From: Escherichia coli
Lineage (GTDB): Bacteria > Pseudomonadota > Gammaproteobacteria > Enterobacterales > Enterobacteriaceae
Length of the DNA stretch: 64,000 nucleotides
Strand: one strand, 5' to 3'
Assembly: GCF_044324785.1 (NCBI RefSeq)
Contig: NZ_CP172127.1
The notes under the pieces were generated by a model, which searched no databases, was not told the DNA's origin, and was given only the letters and a program-made list of their open reading frames with translations. Each line of letters opens with the position of its first letter. The first letter of the stretch is position 1. Position numbers and translations under genes: made by a program. This document shows positions 16,169-27,520 of this stretch, piece after piece.

Positions 16169-16207
16169 AACCGGAGTCGAATGAATATTTGGCTCCGGTT
16201 TTTTTAT
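16169..16207 (+). terminator. Rho-independent terminator after plaP
   Basis: Hairpin aaccggag..ctccggtt followed by a run of 8 T. Confidence 0.65.
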
Positions 16208-16328
16208 TCTTTTTTATCGATATCCTCATTAATAACCATTTGTTCTAATTTAGAGAATTTGGTTATTGGTCTGCATTCCACCAGTCATGAATAATTTCCC
16301 TATTAACATTCATCTGGTTAATTAATTT

Positions 16329-17387
16329 ATGTTTTCAATGATATTAAGCGGGCTAATTTGTGGTGCTCTGCTGGGATTTGTCATGCAGCGTGGGCGTTTT
16401 TGCCTGACAGGTGGTTTTCGCGATATGTATATCGCAAAAAATAATCGCATGTTTTACGCCTTGCTGATTGCAATTTCGGTACAAAGCGTGGGGGTTTTTG
16501 CGTTAATTCAGGCGGGCCTACTGACTTACGAAGCCGGGGCGTTCCCGTGGCTTGGTACTGTTATAGGTGGGTATATCTTCGGGCTGGGAATTGTTCTGGC
16601 GGGTGGATGTGCCACCGGGACCTGGTATCGCGCGGGTGAGGGATTGATCGGCAGTTGGATCGCGCTTTTCACTTATATGGTGATGAGTGCGGTGATGCGT
16701 TCTCCACATGCCAGTGGTTTAAATCAAACCTTGCAGCACTACAGTACTGAACATAACTCTATTGCTGAGACTTTTAATTTGTCTGTGTGGCCGTTGGTTA
16801 CCGTTTTGCTGGTGATAACGCTCTGGGTGGTGATGAAAGAGTTGAAGAAGCCAAAACTCAAAGTCGCGACCTTACCGCCGCGCCGAACCGGGATCGCTCA
16901 TATTCTGTTTGAAAAACGCTGGCATCCCTTTGTCACTGCTGTACTCATCGGTTTGATTGCGCTTTTAGCCTGGCCCCTGAGTGAAGCAACCGGACGCATG
17001 TTTGGGTTAGGAATCACTTCCCCAACGGCCAATATTCTGCAATTTCTGGTCGCGGGTGACGTGAAATACATTAACTGGGGCGTTTTCCTGGTGTTAGGGA
17101 TCTTCGTGGGGTCATTTATTGCAGCCAAAGCGAGCCGTGAGTTCCGCGTTCGCGCAGCTGATGCACAAACAACATTACGTAGCGGGTTAGGTGGTGTACT
17201 GATGGGCTTCGGTGCCAGTATTGCAGGTGGTTGCTCTATCGGTAATGGACTGGTTATGACTGCAATGATGACCTGGCAGGGCTGGATTGGCCTTGTATTT
17301 ATGATTCTCGGAGTCTGGACTGCGTCCTGGCTTGTGTATGTTCGACCGCAGCGTAAGGCGCGACTGGCAACTGCTGCGGCAAATTAA
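16329..17387 (+). CDS. yeeE: Inner membrane transporter YeeE (thiosulfate uptake, TsuA-like)
   Basis: 352 aa, MFSMILSGLICGALLGFVMQRGRFCLTGGF.. YeeE/YedE family with conserved Cys motifs. Confidence 0.92.
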   Translation: MFSMILSGLICGALLGFVMQRGRFCLTGGFRDMYIAKNNRMFYALLIAISVQSVGVFALIQAGLLTYEAGAFPWLGTVIGGYIFGLGIVLAGGCATGTWYRAGEGLIGSWIALFTYMVMSAVMRSPHASGLNQTLQHYSTEHNSIAETFNLSVWPLVTVLLVITLWVVMKELKKPKLKVATLPPRRTGIAHILFEKRWHPFVTAVLIGLIALLAWPLSEATGRMFGLGITSPTANILQFLVAGDVKYINWGVFLVLGIFVGSFIAAKASREFRVRAADAQTTLRSGLGGVLMGFGASIAGGCSIGNGLVMTAMMTWQGWIGLVFMILGVWTASWLVYVRPQRKARLATAAAN

Positions 17388-17400
17388 GTAAGGTGTAAAG

Positions 17401-17628
17401 ATGGCGATTAAAAAGCTGGATGTGGTGACGCAGGTCTGTCCGTTTCCACTCATAGAAGCAAAAGCAGCACTGGCAGAAATGGCCAGCGGCGATGAGTTGG
17501 TAATTGAGTTTGATTGCACCCAGGCAACTGAAGCAATCCCACAGTGGGCGGCAGAAGAAGGACATGCCATCACCGATTATCAGCAGATTGGCGATGCAGC
17601 GTGGAGCATCACCGTTCAAAAAGCCTGA
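17401..17628 (+). CDS. yeeD: TusA-like sulfurtransferase YeeD
   Basis: 75 aa with CPFP motif (MAIKKLDVVTQVCPFPLIEAK..), immediately downstream of yeeE. Confidence 0.92.
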   Translation: MAIKKLDVVTQVCPFPLIEAKAALAEMASGDELVIEFDCTQATEAIPQWAAEEGHAITDYQQIGDAAWSITVQKA

Positions 17629-17670
17629 CTCAACATTGTCCTCCGCCGTACCAGCGGCGGAGGCTTCAAA

Positions 17671-19098
17671 TTAGACGATCTCTTCCGCGTACTGCCAAAG
17701 CGCTTTTAACAGCGCCACTTTCTCTTTGTTATCGGCATATTGTTGTGCCAGCATCTGCAATTCATCTGCATAACCCTGTAAAAACTCTGGCGTGAAGACC
17801 TGGCGGCGGTGCTCCAGCCAGCGTTGCTGCTCGGCATAATCCAGCGTCCCCGGGAAGTTGCGCGCCCGATAATTGAACAACAGCTTTTCAATTCGTTTAT
17901 CAACAAAAGTGATATCCAGTGCCGGTAAATTACGCGGCTCGGTTTCCAGCACAATTTTCATTGCTGCACGATCGGCGTCACTGAAAAAGCCATTATAAAG
18001 CTGTGCATCCACATTATCTGAAGGTGTAAACGGTTCGGCTTCCGCGAATATCGCTACCACTTTTTCACGCACTTGCGGATTTTCACGCAGAATTTTTAGG
18101 TTATCGAGGCAATGCTGACGATTAATTCCCAGTCGGTCGGCATCTTCCGGGCGTAGCGTATTCGCCTGGGCCAGTACCGGACATTTATTGATATGCACCA
18201 GCTTAACCGGAACGGCGGCGTTATCGCCAAGATCGGCTTTTGCGGTATATAAACGCTCGCGCAATGTGTCGCTATCCAGTTCCAGTAATGGCGAAATGTC
18301 TCCTGCCAAATCCACCATAATTACGGCATTGCGATTTTCAGGATGCCACGCCAGCGGTGCTACCCAGCTGGTATTGCCGCGCCATGCCCCAAACATTCCG
18401 GAAACGTGAACCAGGGGTTTCATCTGCGGAACATCAATCAACGCCATTAGTTTGTGTTTATTACGATGGGTAAAGAGATAATCAAACAGGCGCGGCTGGC
18501 GCGTTTTTACCAGTTTTGCCATCGCAATAGTGGCGTACACATCAGCCATCGCATCGTGTGCGTTGCTATGTTCAATACCATTCGCTTTGGTTAAATGCTC
18601 AAGGCGAAAGCTCGGTAGACCGTCATCATTTTCAGGCCAGTTTATTCCTTCCGGGCGCAGGGCATAACAGGCACGCATAACATCCAGCAAATCCCAGCGC
18701 GAGTTATCATGCTGCCAGCTCCAGGCGTAAGGATCGTAGAAATTACGATAAAAAACGTTGCGTGTGACTTCGTCGTCGAAACGCACATTGTTGTAGCCCA
18801 GAATACAGGTCTTCGGTACGGTAAAAAGCGAGTGAATACGGGCGGCAAACGCGGCTTCGTTTTCTCCTTTCGCCCGTGCTTCCTGCGGGGTAATACCGGT
18901 AATTAATACTGCTCCAGGCTGGGGTAAATAGTCATCCGCGGGCTTGCAGTAAAAGACTTCGGGTTCGCCGATGACATTGAATTCGCTATCGGTGCGAATG
19001 GCTGCGAACTGTGCAGGGCGATCTAACGCGGGGTGCGTGCCAAAGGTTTCGTAATCGTGAAACAAAAAGGTAGATTGTTGCTTACCGTCATTCATCAT
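17671..19098 (-). CDS. sbcB: Exodeoxyribonuclease I
   Basis: MMNDGKQQSTFLFHDYETFGTHPALDRPAQFAAIRTD.. SbcB (475 aa); internal ATG of ORF 17671..19146. Confidence 0.95.
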   Translation of the reverse strand: MMNDGKQQSTFLFHDYETFGTHPALDRPAQFAAIRTDSEFNVIGEPEVFYCKPADDYLPQPGAVLITGITPQEARAKGENEAAFAARIHSLFTVPKTCILGYNNVRFDDEVTRNVFYRNFYDPYAWSWQHDNSRWDLLDVMRACYALRPEGINWPENDDGLPSFRLEHLTKANGIEHSNAHDAMADVYATIAMAKLVKTRQPRLFDYLFTHRNKHKLMALIDVPQMKPLVHVSGMFGAWRGNTSWVAPLAWHPENRNAVIMVDLAGDISPLLELDSDTLRERLYTAKADLGDNAAVPVKLVHINKCPVLAQANTLRPEDADRLGINRQHCLDNLKILRENPQVREKVVAIFAEAEPFTPSDNVDAQLYNGFFSDADRAAMKIVLETEPRNLPALDITFVDKRIEKLLFNYRARNFPGTLDYAEQQRWLEHRRQVFTPEFLQGYADELQMLAQQYADNKEKVALLKALWQYAEEIV

Positions 19099-19306
19099 TA
19101 GGTTAAATCCGTTATTTCTGCTGTCTGCCAGAGTATCAAATATCACCGTGCTAATCAGCTTTAGCGCGACAATTTGACAGCGAGTGGCAACAAATCATGT
19201 CAGATAAAAATGAGAGGGTAGTCACATTTTCTTGCACTTTATTCCAGCCAGTTCATAAGTATTTCCGTAAAAAGAACAGCTATTTGAAACTCCTGAGGGT
19301 TTGCTG

Positions 19307-20473
19307 TTGAAACGCCGTCTTATTATTGCTGCTTCTTTGTTCGTTTTTAACTTATCGTCTGGTTTTGCGGCGGAAAACATTCCTTTTTCACCTCAGCCAC
19401 CAGAGATTCATGCCGGGTCCTGGGTACTGATGGATTACACCACCGGACAGATCCTCACCGCGGGTAATGAGCATCAACAGCGCAATCCCGCCAGCCTGAC
19501 AAAGCTGATGACGGGCTATGTCGTGGATCGCGCTATCGATAGTCATCGCATTACGCCAGACGATATTGTCACCGTGGGGCGCGATGCGTGGGCGAAAGAT
19601 AATCCGGTGTTTGTCGGTTCTTCACTGATGTTTTTGAAAGAGGGCGATCGCGTATCGGTACGTGATTTAAGCCGTGGTTTAATTGTGGATTCCGGAAATG
19701 ACGCTTGTGTTGCTCTGGCTGACTATATTGCCGGTGGGCAACGGCAGTTTGTTGAAATGATGAACAACTATGCCGAGAAGCTGCATCTCAAGGATACGCA
19801 TTTTGAAACAGTGCATGGTCTGGATGCACCTGACCAGCATAGCTCGGCTTATGATTTAGCCGTGCTTTCTCGCGCTATCATCCACGGCGAGCCCGAGTTT
19901 TATCATATGTACAGTGAGAAAAGCCTCACCTGGAACGGTATCACCCAGCAAAACCGTAACGGGTTATTGTGGGATAAGACCATGAATGTTGACGGCCTGA
20001 AAACGGGTCATACTTCTGGTGCCGGGTTTAATCTTATTGCTTCGGCTGTAGACGGGCAGCGTCGCCTCATTGCAGTGGTAATGGGTGCTGACAGCGCAAA
20101 AGGTCGTGAGGAAGAGGCAAGAAAATTACTGCGTTGGGGGCAACAAAACTTTACTACGGTGCAAATTTTGCACCGTGGGAAAAAGGTCGGTACGGAACGC
20201 ATCTGGTATGGTGATAAAGAAAATATCGCCCTGGGAACGGAACAAGAGTTCTGGATGGTGCTACCGAAAGCCGAAATTCCACATATCAAAGCCAAATATA
20301 CCCTTGATGGTAAAGAACTCACCGCGCCAATTAGCGCCCATCAACGGGTAGGGGAAATTGAACTTTACGACCGTGATAAACAGGTGGCGCACTGGCCGCT
20401 GGTTACCCTGGAATCTGTCGGGGAAGGCAGCATGTTTTCCCGGCTGAGTGATTATTTCCACCATAAGGCCTGA
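19307..20473 (+). CDS. dacD: D-alanyl-D-alanine carboxypeptidase (PBP6b)
   Basis: ..KRRLIIAASLFVFNLSSGFAAENIPF.. with SxxK motif (PASLTKLM); ORF-track start 19301 is TTG; the TTG at 19307 is better spaced from GAGGG. Confidence 0.9.
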   Translation: MKRRLIIAASLFVFNLSSGFAAENIPFSPQPPEIHAGSWVLMDYTTGQILTAGNEHQQRNPASLTKLMTGYVVDRAIDSHRITPDDIVTVGRDAWAKDNPVFVGSSLMFLKEGDRVSVRDLSRGLIVDSGNDACVALADYIAGGQRQFVEMMNNYAEKLHLKDTHFETVHGLDAPDQHSSAYDLAVLSRAIIHGEPEFYHMYSEKSLTWNGITQQNRNGLLWDKTMNVDGLKTGHTSGAGFNLIASAVDGQRRLIAVVMGADSAKGREEEARKLLRWGQQNFTTVQILHRGKKVGTERIWYGDKENIALGTEQEFWMVLPKAEIPHIKAKYTLDGKELTAPISAHQRVGEIELYDRDKQVAHWPLVTLESVGEGSMFSRLSDYFHHKA

Positions 20474-20591
20474 CCTTTCTTTTGCAGCAGACTGGCAGGA
20501 GTGCGAGTCTGCTCGCATAATCAACACTCATTCCTTGTGGTTTTAATATTGCAACTATACTGTATATAAAAACAGTATTAATGGAGGCGTC

Positions 20592-21065
20592 ATGAACTAC
20601 GAGATTAAGCAGGAAGATAAACGTACCGTTGCAGGTTTCCATCTTGTTGGCCCGTGGGAGCAGACGGTAAAGAAAGGTTTTAAGCAGTTGATGATGTGGG
20701 TAGATAGCAAAAATATCGTGCCGAAGGAGTGGGTTGCTGTCTATTACGACAATCCAGATGAAACACCCGCCGAAAAATTACGCTGCGACACCGTCGTGAC
20801 GGTACCGAATAACTTTACGCTCCCCGAAAACAGTGAGGGCGTCATTCTGACAGAAATTTCAGGTGGTCAGTATGCGGTGGCGGTGGCTCGTGTAGTCGGT
20901 GATGATTTTGCTAAACCCTGGTATCAGTTCTTTAATAGCCTCTTGCAGGACAGTGCTTATGAAATGTTACCAAAGCCCTGCTTCGAGGTTTACTTGAACA
21001 ATGGCGCGGAAGATGGGTACTGGGATATCGAAATGTATGTTGCGGTGCAGCCAAAACATCACTAA
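20592..21065 (+). CDS. sbmC: DNA gyrase inhibitor
   Basis: 157 aa, [30 protein letters not shown].. SbmC/GyrI; GGAGG SD. Confidence 0.93.
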   Translation: MNYEIKQEDKRTVAGFHLVGPWEQTVKKGFKQLMMWVDSKNIVPKEWVAVYYDNPDETPAEKLRCDTVVTVPNNFTLPENSEGVILTEISGGQYAVAVARVVGDDFAKPWYQFFNSLLQDSAYEMLPKPCFEVYLNNGAEDGYWDIEMYVAVQPKHH

Positions 21066-21262
21066 TTCATCTCAGGGCGGTGTGTTAACGCGAAGACCAC
21101 TCTTTTTTTGAAAGTGAAAAGAGTAAGATGCGCCTTTCAAATTTTTCGCTCCTGCCGGGAAATTACACCGTTCCCGGTATGTCCGTCGGATAACTCAGAG
21201 GCGCGCCTTCTGGCCGACAGATGTGTTATGAGCGCTTTTAATCTTCATTACGGAGTTTCTGC

Positions 21263-22321
21263 GTGCGTGCCGATAAGTCATTAAGCCCGTTTGAAATCCG
21301 GGTATACCGCCATTACCGCATTGTGCATGGTACTCGGGTCGCGCTGGCATTCCTGCTCACTTTTCTCATTATCCGCCTGTTTACTATCCCGGAAAGTACC
21401 TGGCCGCTGGTCACCATGGTGGTGATTATGGGGCCAATCTCGTTCTGGGGTAACGTTGTCCCTCGTGCCTTCGAACGTATTGGCGGTACGGTGTTGGGTT
21501 CGATATTAGGTCTTATCGCTCTGCAACTGGAGTTAATCTCGTTACCGCTGATGTTAGTCTGGTGCGCGGCGGCCATGTTCCTTTGCGGTTGGCTGGCGCT
21601 GGGCAAGAAACCGTATCAAGGTTTATTGATTGGGGTGACGCTGGCAATTGTTGTGGGTTCCCCGACAGGTGAAATTGATACGGCGTTATGGCGAAGCGGC
21701 GATGTGATCCTCGGTTCTTTACTGGCAATGTTGTTTACCGGTATCTGGCCACAACGGGCGTTCATCCACTGGCGCATTCAACTGGCAAAAAGTCTGACCG
21801 AGTATAATCGGGTCTATCAATCTGCATTCTCACCGAACTTACTCGAACGCCCGCGTCTGGAAAGCCATCTACAAAAACTCCTGACCGATGCCGTGAAAAT
21901 GCGTGGGCTGATTGCGCCCGCCAGCAAAGAAACCCGTATTCCAAAATCGATATATGAAGGTATCCAGACCATTAATCGCAATCTGGTTTGTATGCTGGAG
22001 TTGCAAATCAATGCATACTGGGCCACGCGCCCCAGCCATTTCGTGTTATTGAATGCGCAAAAACTTCGTGATACCCAGCATATGATGCAGCAAATACTGC
22101 TGAGCCTTGTTCATGCGCTGTACGAAGGTAATCCGCAGCCGGTTTTTGCCAATACGGAAAAATTGAACGATGCTGTGGAAGAGCTGCGTCAGTTGCTGAA
22201 TAACCACCATGACCTGAAGGTTGTGGAAACACCAATCTATGGTTATGTGTGGCTGAACATGGAAACGGCACATCAGCTTGAGTTGCTATCGAATCTGATT
22301 TGCCGGGCCTTGCGCAAATAA
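21263..22321 (+). CDS. yeeA: Inner membrane protein YeeA (FUSC-like)
   Basis: 352 aa, GTG start, MRADKSLSPFEIRVYRHYRIVHGTRVALAFLLTFLI..; multiple TM segments. Confidence 0.88.
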   Translation: MRADKSLSPFEIRVYRHYRIVHGTRVALAFLLTFLIIRLFTIPESTWPLVTMVVIMGPISFWGNVVPRAFERIGGTVLGSILGLIALQLELISLPLMLVWCAAAMFLCGWLALGKKPYQGLLIGVTLAIVVGSPTGEIDTALWRSGDVILGSLLAMLFTGIWPQRAFIHWRIQLAKSLTEYNRVYQSAFSPNLLERPRLESHLQKLLTDAVKMRGLIAPASKETRIPKSIYEGIQTINRNLVCMLELQINAYWATRPSHFVLLNAQKLRDTQHMMQQILLSLVHALYEGNPQPVFANTEKLNDAVEELRQLLNNHHDLKVVETPIYGYVWLNMETAHQLELLSNLICRALRK

Positions 22322-22492
22322 TTCCTGAACTTCAGAATCATCTTGCTGCTGCTTCGATTCAGCAAGGATAAAGGGTATGATAGTGAAAAGGGATAAAAGC
22401 ATTGTCATCTGCGGCAGCTATGAGTAATGTTGGCCCTAACGAATAGCGGTTGCTTAAACGAATCCGACTCTCACATTATCAGGGGTATAAAA

Positions 22493-22822
22493 ATGGAAAC
22501 TACCAAGCCTTCATTCCAGGACGTACTGGAATTTGTTCGTCTGTTCCGTCGTAAGAACAAACTGCAACGTGAAATTCAGGACGTTGAGAAAAAGATCCGT
22601 GACAACCAGAAGCGCGTCCTGCTGCTGGACAACCTGAGCGATTACATCAAGCCGGGGATGAGCGTTGAAGCAATCCAGGGCATCATCGCCAGCATGAAAG
22701 GTGACTATGAAGATCGCGTTGACGATTACATCATCAAAAATGCCGAGCTCTCCAAAGAACGCCGCGATATCTCCAAAAAGCTGAAAGCTATGGGCGAAAT
22801 GAAAAACGGCGAAGCGAAGTAA
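22493..22822 (+). CDS. yeeX: UPF0265/DUF496 protein YeeX
   Basis: [39 protein letters not shown].. (109 aa); internal ATG of ORF 22427..22822. Confidence 0.9.
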   Translation: METTKPSFQDVLEFVRLFRRKNKLQREIQDVEKKIRDNQKRVLLLDNLSDYIKPGMSVEAIQGIIASMKGDYEDRVDDYIIKNAELSKERRDISKKLKAMGEMKNGEAK

Positions 22823-22922
22823 TTCCTGTTTTATTCAATGAGGGTTGCCTGGCAACCCTCATTGCTCATTGATTCTTTTCTGTGCATCACCGTCATCATT
22901 CTCATCTGAGAACCTGTCGAAA

Positions 22923-23195
22923 TTAGCGACAGCCTTCTTCTGTATGCAGCAAGGCTAAAAGTTCTGCAACTCCATTGTTATTAACCGCACTGGTTACTAA
23001 CACGTTGTGCGCTCCAGCTTCCCGTAACCAACATTTCACCAAAGATATTTGTTCCATGTTGGCTAAATCTGCTTTGGTTACTACTCCAATGACCGGGCGA
23101 TTCATTGACGAGGTAAAGCCTGGCGAAAAAGGGGACCACGGTGCGTCCGCATTAAGCACCAGGGCGATAATGTCCGCTTCGCAGGCGCTGACCAA
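22923..23195 (-). pseudogene. EutP/PduV-like small GTPase, C-terminal fragment only (no P-loop-bearing N-terminus found)
   Basis: 90-aa ORF ..[52 protein letters not shown].. resembles the C-terminal half of EutP/PduV proteins; no upstream ORF encodes a Walker A motif. Confidence 0.45.
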
Positions 23196-23689
23196 CAGAG
23201 CACTGTAGAGGCTGCGGTTTTATCTGTGAGGACTGGCAGCAAGATTTCCAGCCTCTTGATGGTGGGCCTGTGCAATCGTTATCAGATGCGTATAGCGATT
23301 ATACAGTGCTGCTATTGATAGCAGCTGAAAGCGAGATATCCGTACCAGAATGGCTCGCTCATTCTGAAGGAACGACGGTAATTGTGATTGCAGAACACAA
23401 TGCCCGTTTGCTGACTGGTCCGGCTGGTGGGGCTGTAGCATTGATCCATTATCTGAATGAAATCTGTCATTCCAGAGAAACCGCTGTCAATGACGCATTT
23501 TGTCGTACGTTAACACGAGGAAGTCTGGCTATCCCGCAATGCCATCTTCTTTCGTAATGGATTGAGAATGCTGGATTTTTAATTATATTACGCGCAGTAT
23601 TAATCGCGTAAATGTTTTGCGGTCAGCAACGGTGGGGATCCATTGTTCTGTTCAATGAATACCATCATACAATTGAATCAGGAGTCGGT

Positions 23690-24235
23690 ATGATGATTTT
23701 GGTGACGGGGGGCGCACGGAGCGGGAAGAGTCGCCATGCAGAGGCGCTTATTGGGGACTCTTCACAGGTTCTGTATATCGCCACCTCTCAAATCCTTGAT
23801 GATGAGATGGCTGCACGGATAGAACATCATCGGCAAGGCCGCCCGGCGCACTGGCACACAGTGGAGCGCTGGCAACATCTTGATGAATTAATTCATGCAG
23901 ACATTAACCCGCATGAGGCTGTGTTGCTGGAATGCGTTACCACAATGGTGACTAATCTGTTGTTTGATTATGGCGGCGATAAAGACCCTGATGAATGGGA
24001 TTATCAGGCGATGGAACAGGCGATTAATGCTGAGATTCAGTCGTTGATTGCTGCCTGCCAACGTTGCCCCGCAAAGGTTGTATTAGTGACTAACGAAGTG
24101 GGAATGGGGATTGTGCCGGAGAGTCGTCTGGCACGACATTTTCGTGATATTGCCGGGCGGGTAAATCAGCAGCTGGCCGCTGCGGCAAATGAAGTGTGGC
24201 TGGTGGTTTCGGGTATTGGAGTAAAAATCAAATGA
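23690..24235 (+). CDS. cobU: Adenosylcobinamide kinase / adenosylcobinamide-phosphate guanylyltransferase
   Basis: [23 protein letters not shown].. (P-loop); internal ATG of ORF 23612..24235. Confidence 0.93.
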   Translation: MMILVTGGARSGKSRHAEALIGDSSQVLYIATSQILDDEMAARIEHHRQGRPAHWHTVERWQHLDELIHADINPHEAVLLECVTTMVTNLLFDYGGDKDPDEWDYQAMEQAINAEIQSLIAACQRCPAKVVLVTNEVGMGIVPESRLARHFRDIAGRVNQQLAAAANEVWLVVSGIGVKIK

Positions 24236-24975
24236 GTAAATTATTTTGGGCGATGCTCTCTTTTATTACGCGTCTGCCTGTGCCGCGTCGCTGGTCCCAG
24301 GGACTGGATTTCGAGCATTATTCTCGCGGTATTATTACTTTTCCTTTAATTGGTTTATTGCTTGGCGCGATTAGCGGGCTGGTCTTCATGGCGTTGCAGG
24401 CATGGTTTGGCGTACCACTGGCGGCACTGTTTAGCGTGCTGGTGCTGGCGCTTATGACCGGAGGATTCCACCTGGACGGCCTCGCCGATACCTGTGATGG
24501 CGTATTTTCTGCACGTAGCCGCGATCGCATGTTGGAAATCATGCGTGATAGCCGTTTAGGTACCCACGGCGGTCTGGCATTGATTTTTGTTGTACTGGCA
24601 AAGATTTTGGTGTTAAGCGAGTTGGCTCTGCGTGGCGAACCGATCCTTGCATCGCTGGCGGCAGCATGTGCGGTCAGCCGCGGGACTGCCGCATTATTGA
24701 TGTATCGTCATCGTTATGCCCGGGAAGAAGGGCTTGGCAATGTGTTCATTGGCAAAATTGATGGGCGACAAACCTGCGTCACACTCGGCTTAGCCGCTAT
24801 TTTTGCTGCCGTATTATTGCCGGGTATGCATGGTGTGGCTGCTATGGTGGTGACGATGATGGCGATTTTCATCCTCGGTCAGCTTCTCAAACGTACGCTG
24901 GGCGGGCAAACCGGCGATACGCTGGGAGCAGCCATAGAGCTTGGTGAACTGGTCTTCCTGCTGGCACTGCTATAA
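24232..24975 (+). CDS. cobS: Adenosylcobinamide-GDP ribazoletransferase (cobalamin synthase)
   Basis: [21 protein letters not shown].. CobS; ATG overlaps the cobU stop (ATGA). Confidence 0.93.
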   Translation: MSKLFWAMLSFITRLPVPRRWSQGLDFEHYSRGIITFPLIGLLLGAISGLVFMALQAWFGVPLAALFSVLVLALMTGGFHLDGLADTCDGVFSARSRDRMLEIMRDSRLGTHGGLALIFVVLAKILVLSELALRGEPILASLAAACAVSRGTAALLMYRHRYAREEGLGNVFIGKIDGRQTCVTLGLAAIFAAVLLPGMHGVAAMVVTMMAIFILGQLLKRTLGGQTGDTLGAAIELGELVFLLALL

Positions 24976-24986
24976 AGAGACGTGAC

Positions 24987-26057
24987 ATGCAAATACTTGC
25001 CGATTTACTGAATACGATCCCAGCCATCGATCCTACCGCTATGTCGCGTGCACAACGGCATATTGACGGGTTACTCAAACCTGTTGGTAGCCTGGGAAAG
25101 CTGGAGGCGCTTGCCATACAACTGGCAGGAATGCCGGGGTTGAATGGAATACCGCATGTGGGCAAAAAAGCGGTACTGGTTATGTGTGCCGATCACGGCG
25201 TCTGGGAGGAAGGGGTTGCTATTTCTCCAAAAGAAGTCACAGCCATACAGGCTGAAAATATGACACGCGGAACAACCGGCGTGTGTGTGCTGGCAGCACA
25301 AGCGGGCGCTAACGTCCACGTAATTGATGTTGGTATTGATACTGCTGAGCCTATCCCCGGGCTTATCAACATGCGTGTCGCACGAGGTAGCGGCAATATT
25401 GCTTCAGCTCCGGCAATGAGTCGCCGTCAGGCTGAAAAGTTGCTTTTGGACGTCATATATTATACGCGGGAGCTGGCAAAAAACGGTGTCACGCTGTTTG
25501 GTGTAGGTGAACTGGGGATGGCAAACACGACACCGGCAGCGGCAATAGTCAGCACAATCACTGGCCGGGATCCTGAAGAAGTGGTTGGGATTGGCGCAAA
25601 CCTGCCGACAGATAAACTGGCTAATAAAATTTATGTTGTGCGTCGGGCGATTACGTTGAATCAACCAAATCCTCAGGATGGTGTTGATGTCCTGGCAAAA
25701 GTGGGTGGATTTGATTTGGTCGGAATAGCTGGAGTGATGTTAGGTGCTGCTTCCTGCGGTTTACCCGTGTTGCTGGATGGATTTCTTTCTTATGCTGCTG
25801 CGCTCGCAGCCTGCCAGATGTCTCCTGCAATCAAACCGTATCTCATTCCTTCTCACTTGTCGGCAGAAAAAGGGGCGCGTATAGCGCTGTCGCATTTGGG
25901 GCTGGAGCCTTTTCTCAATATGGATATGCGTTTAGGTGAGGGAAGTGGCGCAGCTCTGGCGATGCCCATCATCGAAGCTGCCTGTGCGATATACAACAGC
26001 ATGGGCGAACTTGCTGCCAGTAATATTGTTCTACCGGGGAATACGACTTCTGATTAG
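24987..26057 (+). CDS. cobT: Nicotinate-nucleotide--dimethylbenzimidazole phosphoribosyltransferase
   Basis: 356 aa, [40 protein letters not shown].. CobT. Confidence 0.95.
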   Translation: MQILADLLNTIPAIDPTAMSRAQRHIDGLLKPVGSLGKLEALAIQLAGMPGLNGIPHVGKKAVLVMCADHGVWEEGVAISPKEVTAIQAENMTRGTTGVCVLAAQAGANVHVIDVGIDTAEPIPGLINMRVARGSGNIASAPAMSRRQAEKLLLDVIYYTRELAKNGVTLFGVGELGMANTTPAAAIVSTITGRDPEEVVGIGANLPTDKLANKIYVVRRAITLNQPNPQDGVDVLAKVGGFDLVGIAGVMLGAASCGLPVLLDGFLSYAAALAACQMSPAIKPYLIPSHLSAEKGARIALSHLGLEPFLNMDMRLGEGSGAALAMPIIEAACAIYNSMGELAASNIVLPGNTTSD

Positions 26058-26130
26058 AACAGTTAAAAACGAAAAGTCTGATAAAAGCTATACTTAACGG
26101 ATAGCTTTCGCGACATAGGAAAGGGACATG

Positions 26131-27063
26131 ATGCGTCGTGTAAATATTCTTTGCTCATTTGCTCTGCTTTTTGCCAGCCATACTAGCCTGGCGGTAACTT
26201 ATCCATTACCTCCAGAGGGTAGCCGTTTAGTGGGGCAGTCGCTTACTGTAACTGTTCCTGATCACAATACCCAGCCGCTGGAGACTTTTGCCGCACAATA
26301 CGGGCAAGGGTTAAGTAACATGCTGGAAGCGAATCCGGGCGCTGATGTCTTCTTACCGAAGTCAGGTTCGCAACTCACCATTCCGCAGCAACTGATTTTG
26401 CCCGCCACTGTTCGTAAAGGGATTGTGGTTAACGTCGCTGAGATGCGTCTTTATTACTACCCACCAGACAGTAATACTGTGGAAGTCTTTCCTATTGGTA
26501 TCGGCCAGGCTGGGCGAGAAACCCCGCGTAACTGGGTGACTACCGTTGAACGTAAACAAGAAGCACCAACCTGGACGCCAACGCCGAACACCCGGCGCGA
26601 ATATGCGAAACGAGGGGAGAGTTTGCCCGCATTTGTTCCTGCGGGGCCCGATAATCCCATGGGGCTGTACGCGATTTATATTGGCAGGTTGTATGCCATC
26701 CACGGTACCAATGCCAATTTTGGTATTGGGCTCCGGGTAAGTCAGGGCTGTATTCGTCTGCGCAATGACGATATCAAATATCTGTTTGATAATGTTCCTG
26801 TAGGTACTCGTGTACAAATTATTGATCAGCCAGTGAAATACACAACGGAACCGGATGGTTCAAAGTGGCTGGAAGTTCATGAGCCGCTGTCGCGCAATCG
26901 TGCTGAATATGAGTCTGACCGAAAAGTGCCATTGCCGGTAACCCCATCTTTGCGGGCGTTTATCAACGGGCAAGAAGTTGATGTGAATCGCGCAAATGCT
27001 GCGTTGCAACGTCGATCGGGAATGCCTGTGCAAATTAGTTCTGGTTCAAGACAGATGTTTTAA
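26131..27063 (+). CDS. ldtA: L,D-transpeptidase (ErfK/YbiS/YcfS/YnhG family)
   Basis: [21 protein letters not shown].. signal peptide plus YkuD domain (catalytic ..SQGCIRL..); second ATG of ORF 26128..27063. Confidence 0.92.
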   Translation: MRRVNILCSFALLFASHTSLAVTYPLPPEGSRLVGQSLTVTVPDHNTQPLETFAAQYGQGLSNMLEANPGADVFLPKSGSQLTIPQQLILPATVRKGIVVNVAEMRLYYYPPDSNTVEVFPIGIGQAGRETPRNWVTTVERKQEAPTWTPTPNTRREYAKRGESLPAFVPAGPDNPMGLYAIYIGRLYAIHGTNANFGIGLRVSQGCIRLRNDDIKYLFDNVPVGTRVQIIDQPVKYTTEPDGSKWLEVHEPLSRNRAEYESDRKVPLPVTPSLRAFINGQEVDVNRANAALQRRSGMPVQISSGSRQMF

Positions 27064-27085
27064 GAACGTTGGTAATTAGAAAGCA

Positions 27086-27115
27086 AAAAGCCTGCTTGAA
27101 AGCAGGCTTTTTTGA
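27086..27115. terminator. Bidirectional terminator between ldtA (+) and asnV (-)
   Basis: Hairpin aaagcctgcttgaaagcaggcttt followed by a T run; lies immediately 3' of the tRNA on the minus strand. Confidence 0.6.
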
Positions 27116-27118
27116 ATT

Positions 27119-27194
27119 TGGCTCCTCTGACTGGACTCGAACCAGTGACATACGGATTAACAGTCCGCCGTTCTACCGACTGAACTACAGAGGA
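27119..27194 (-). tRNA. asnV: tRNA-Asn (GUU)
   Basis: Reverse complement is the 76-nt E. coli tRNA-Asn, UCCUCUGUAGUUCAGUCGGUAGAACGGCGGACUGUUAAUCCGUAUGUCACUGGUUCGAGUCCAGUCAGAGGAGCCA. Confidence 0.97.
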
Positions 27195-27520
27195 ATCGTG
27201 TGAACGGGGCGCATATTAATGGCAGTGCATGGTGATGTCAAAGGGTGAAATGCATTTTTTTGTTTGTTTGCTGTCAATTTCAACAAAGTGGTGAGCTTTC
27301 AATCTTATTGGGTAATGAACCATCGTGGTGCATACCCTCCTTTTATAGGGCAGGGGAACGCGACAGCTGATTAAAGGAGCCAATGACGAATCTATCATAA
27401 TCTCTTATTTGACAGTTGGTTAGCTTGTACATCAACGCCAAAATAAAACTGGCAAGCATCTTGCAATCTGGTTGTAAGTAATGGCGGCACTTGGGCCGAT
27501 TCTTAAAAACCGGAGGCAAC

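Noticed and set aside
17639-17664. Inverted repeat cctccgccg-tacca-gcggcggagg between yeeD and sbcB as a terminator
   Set aside because: A hairpin is present but no clear U run on either strand, so it was not called as a feature.
23270-23557. 95-aa plus-strand ORF between the EutP-like remnant and cobU
   Set aside because: No recognisable domain or RBS; it is mentioned in the empty-site finding but not called as a gene.
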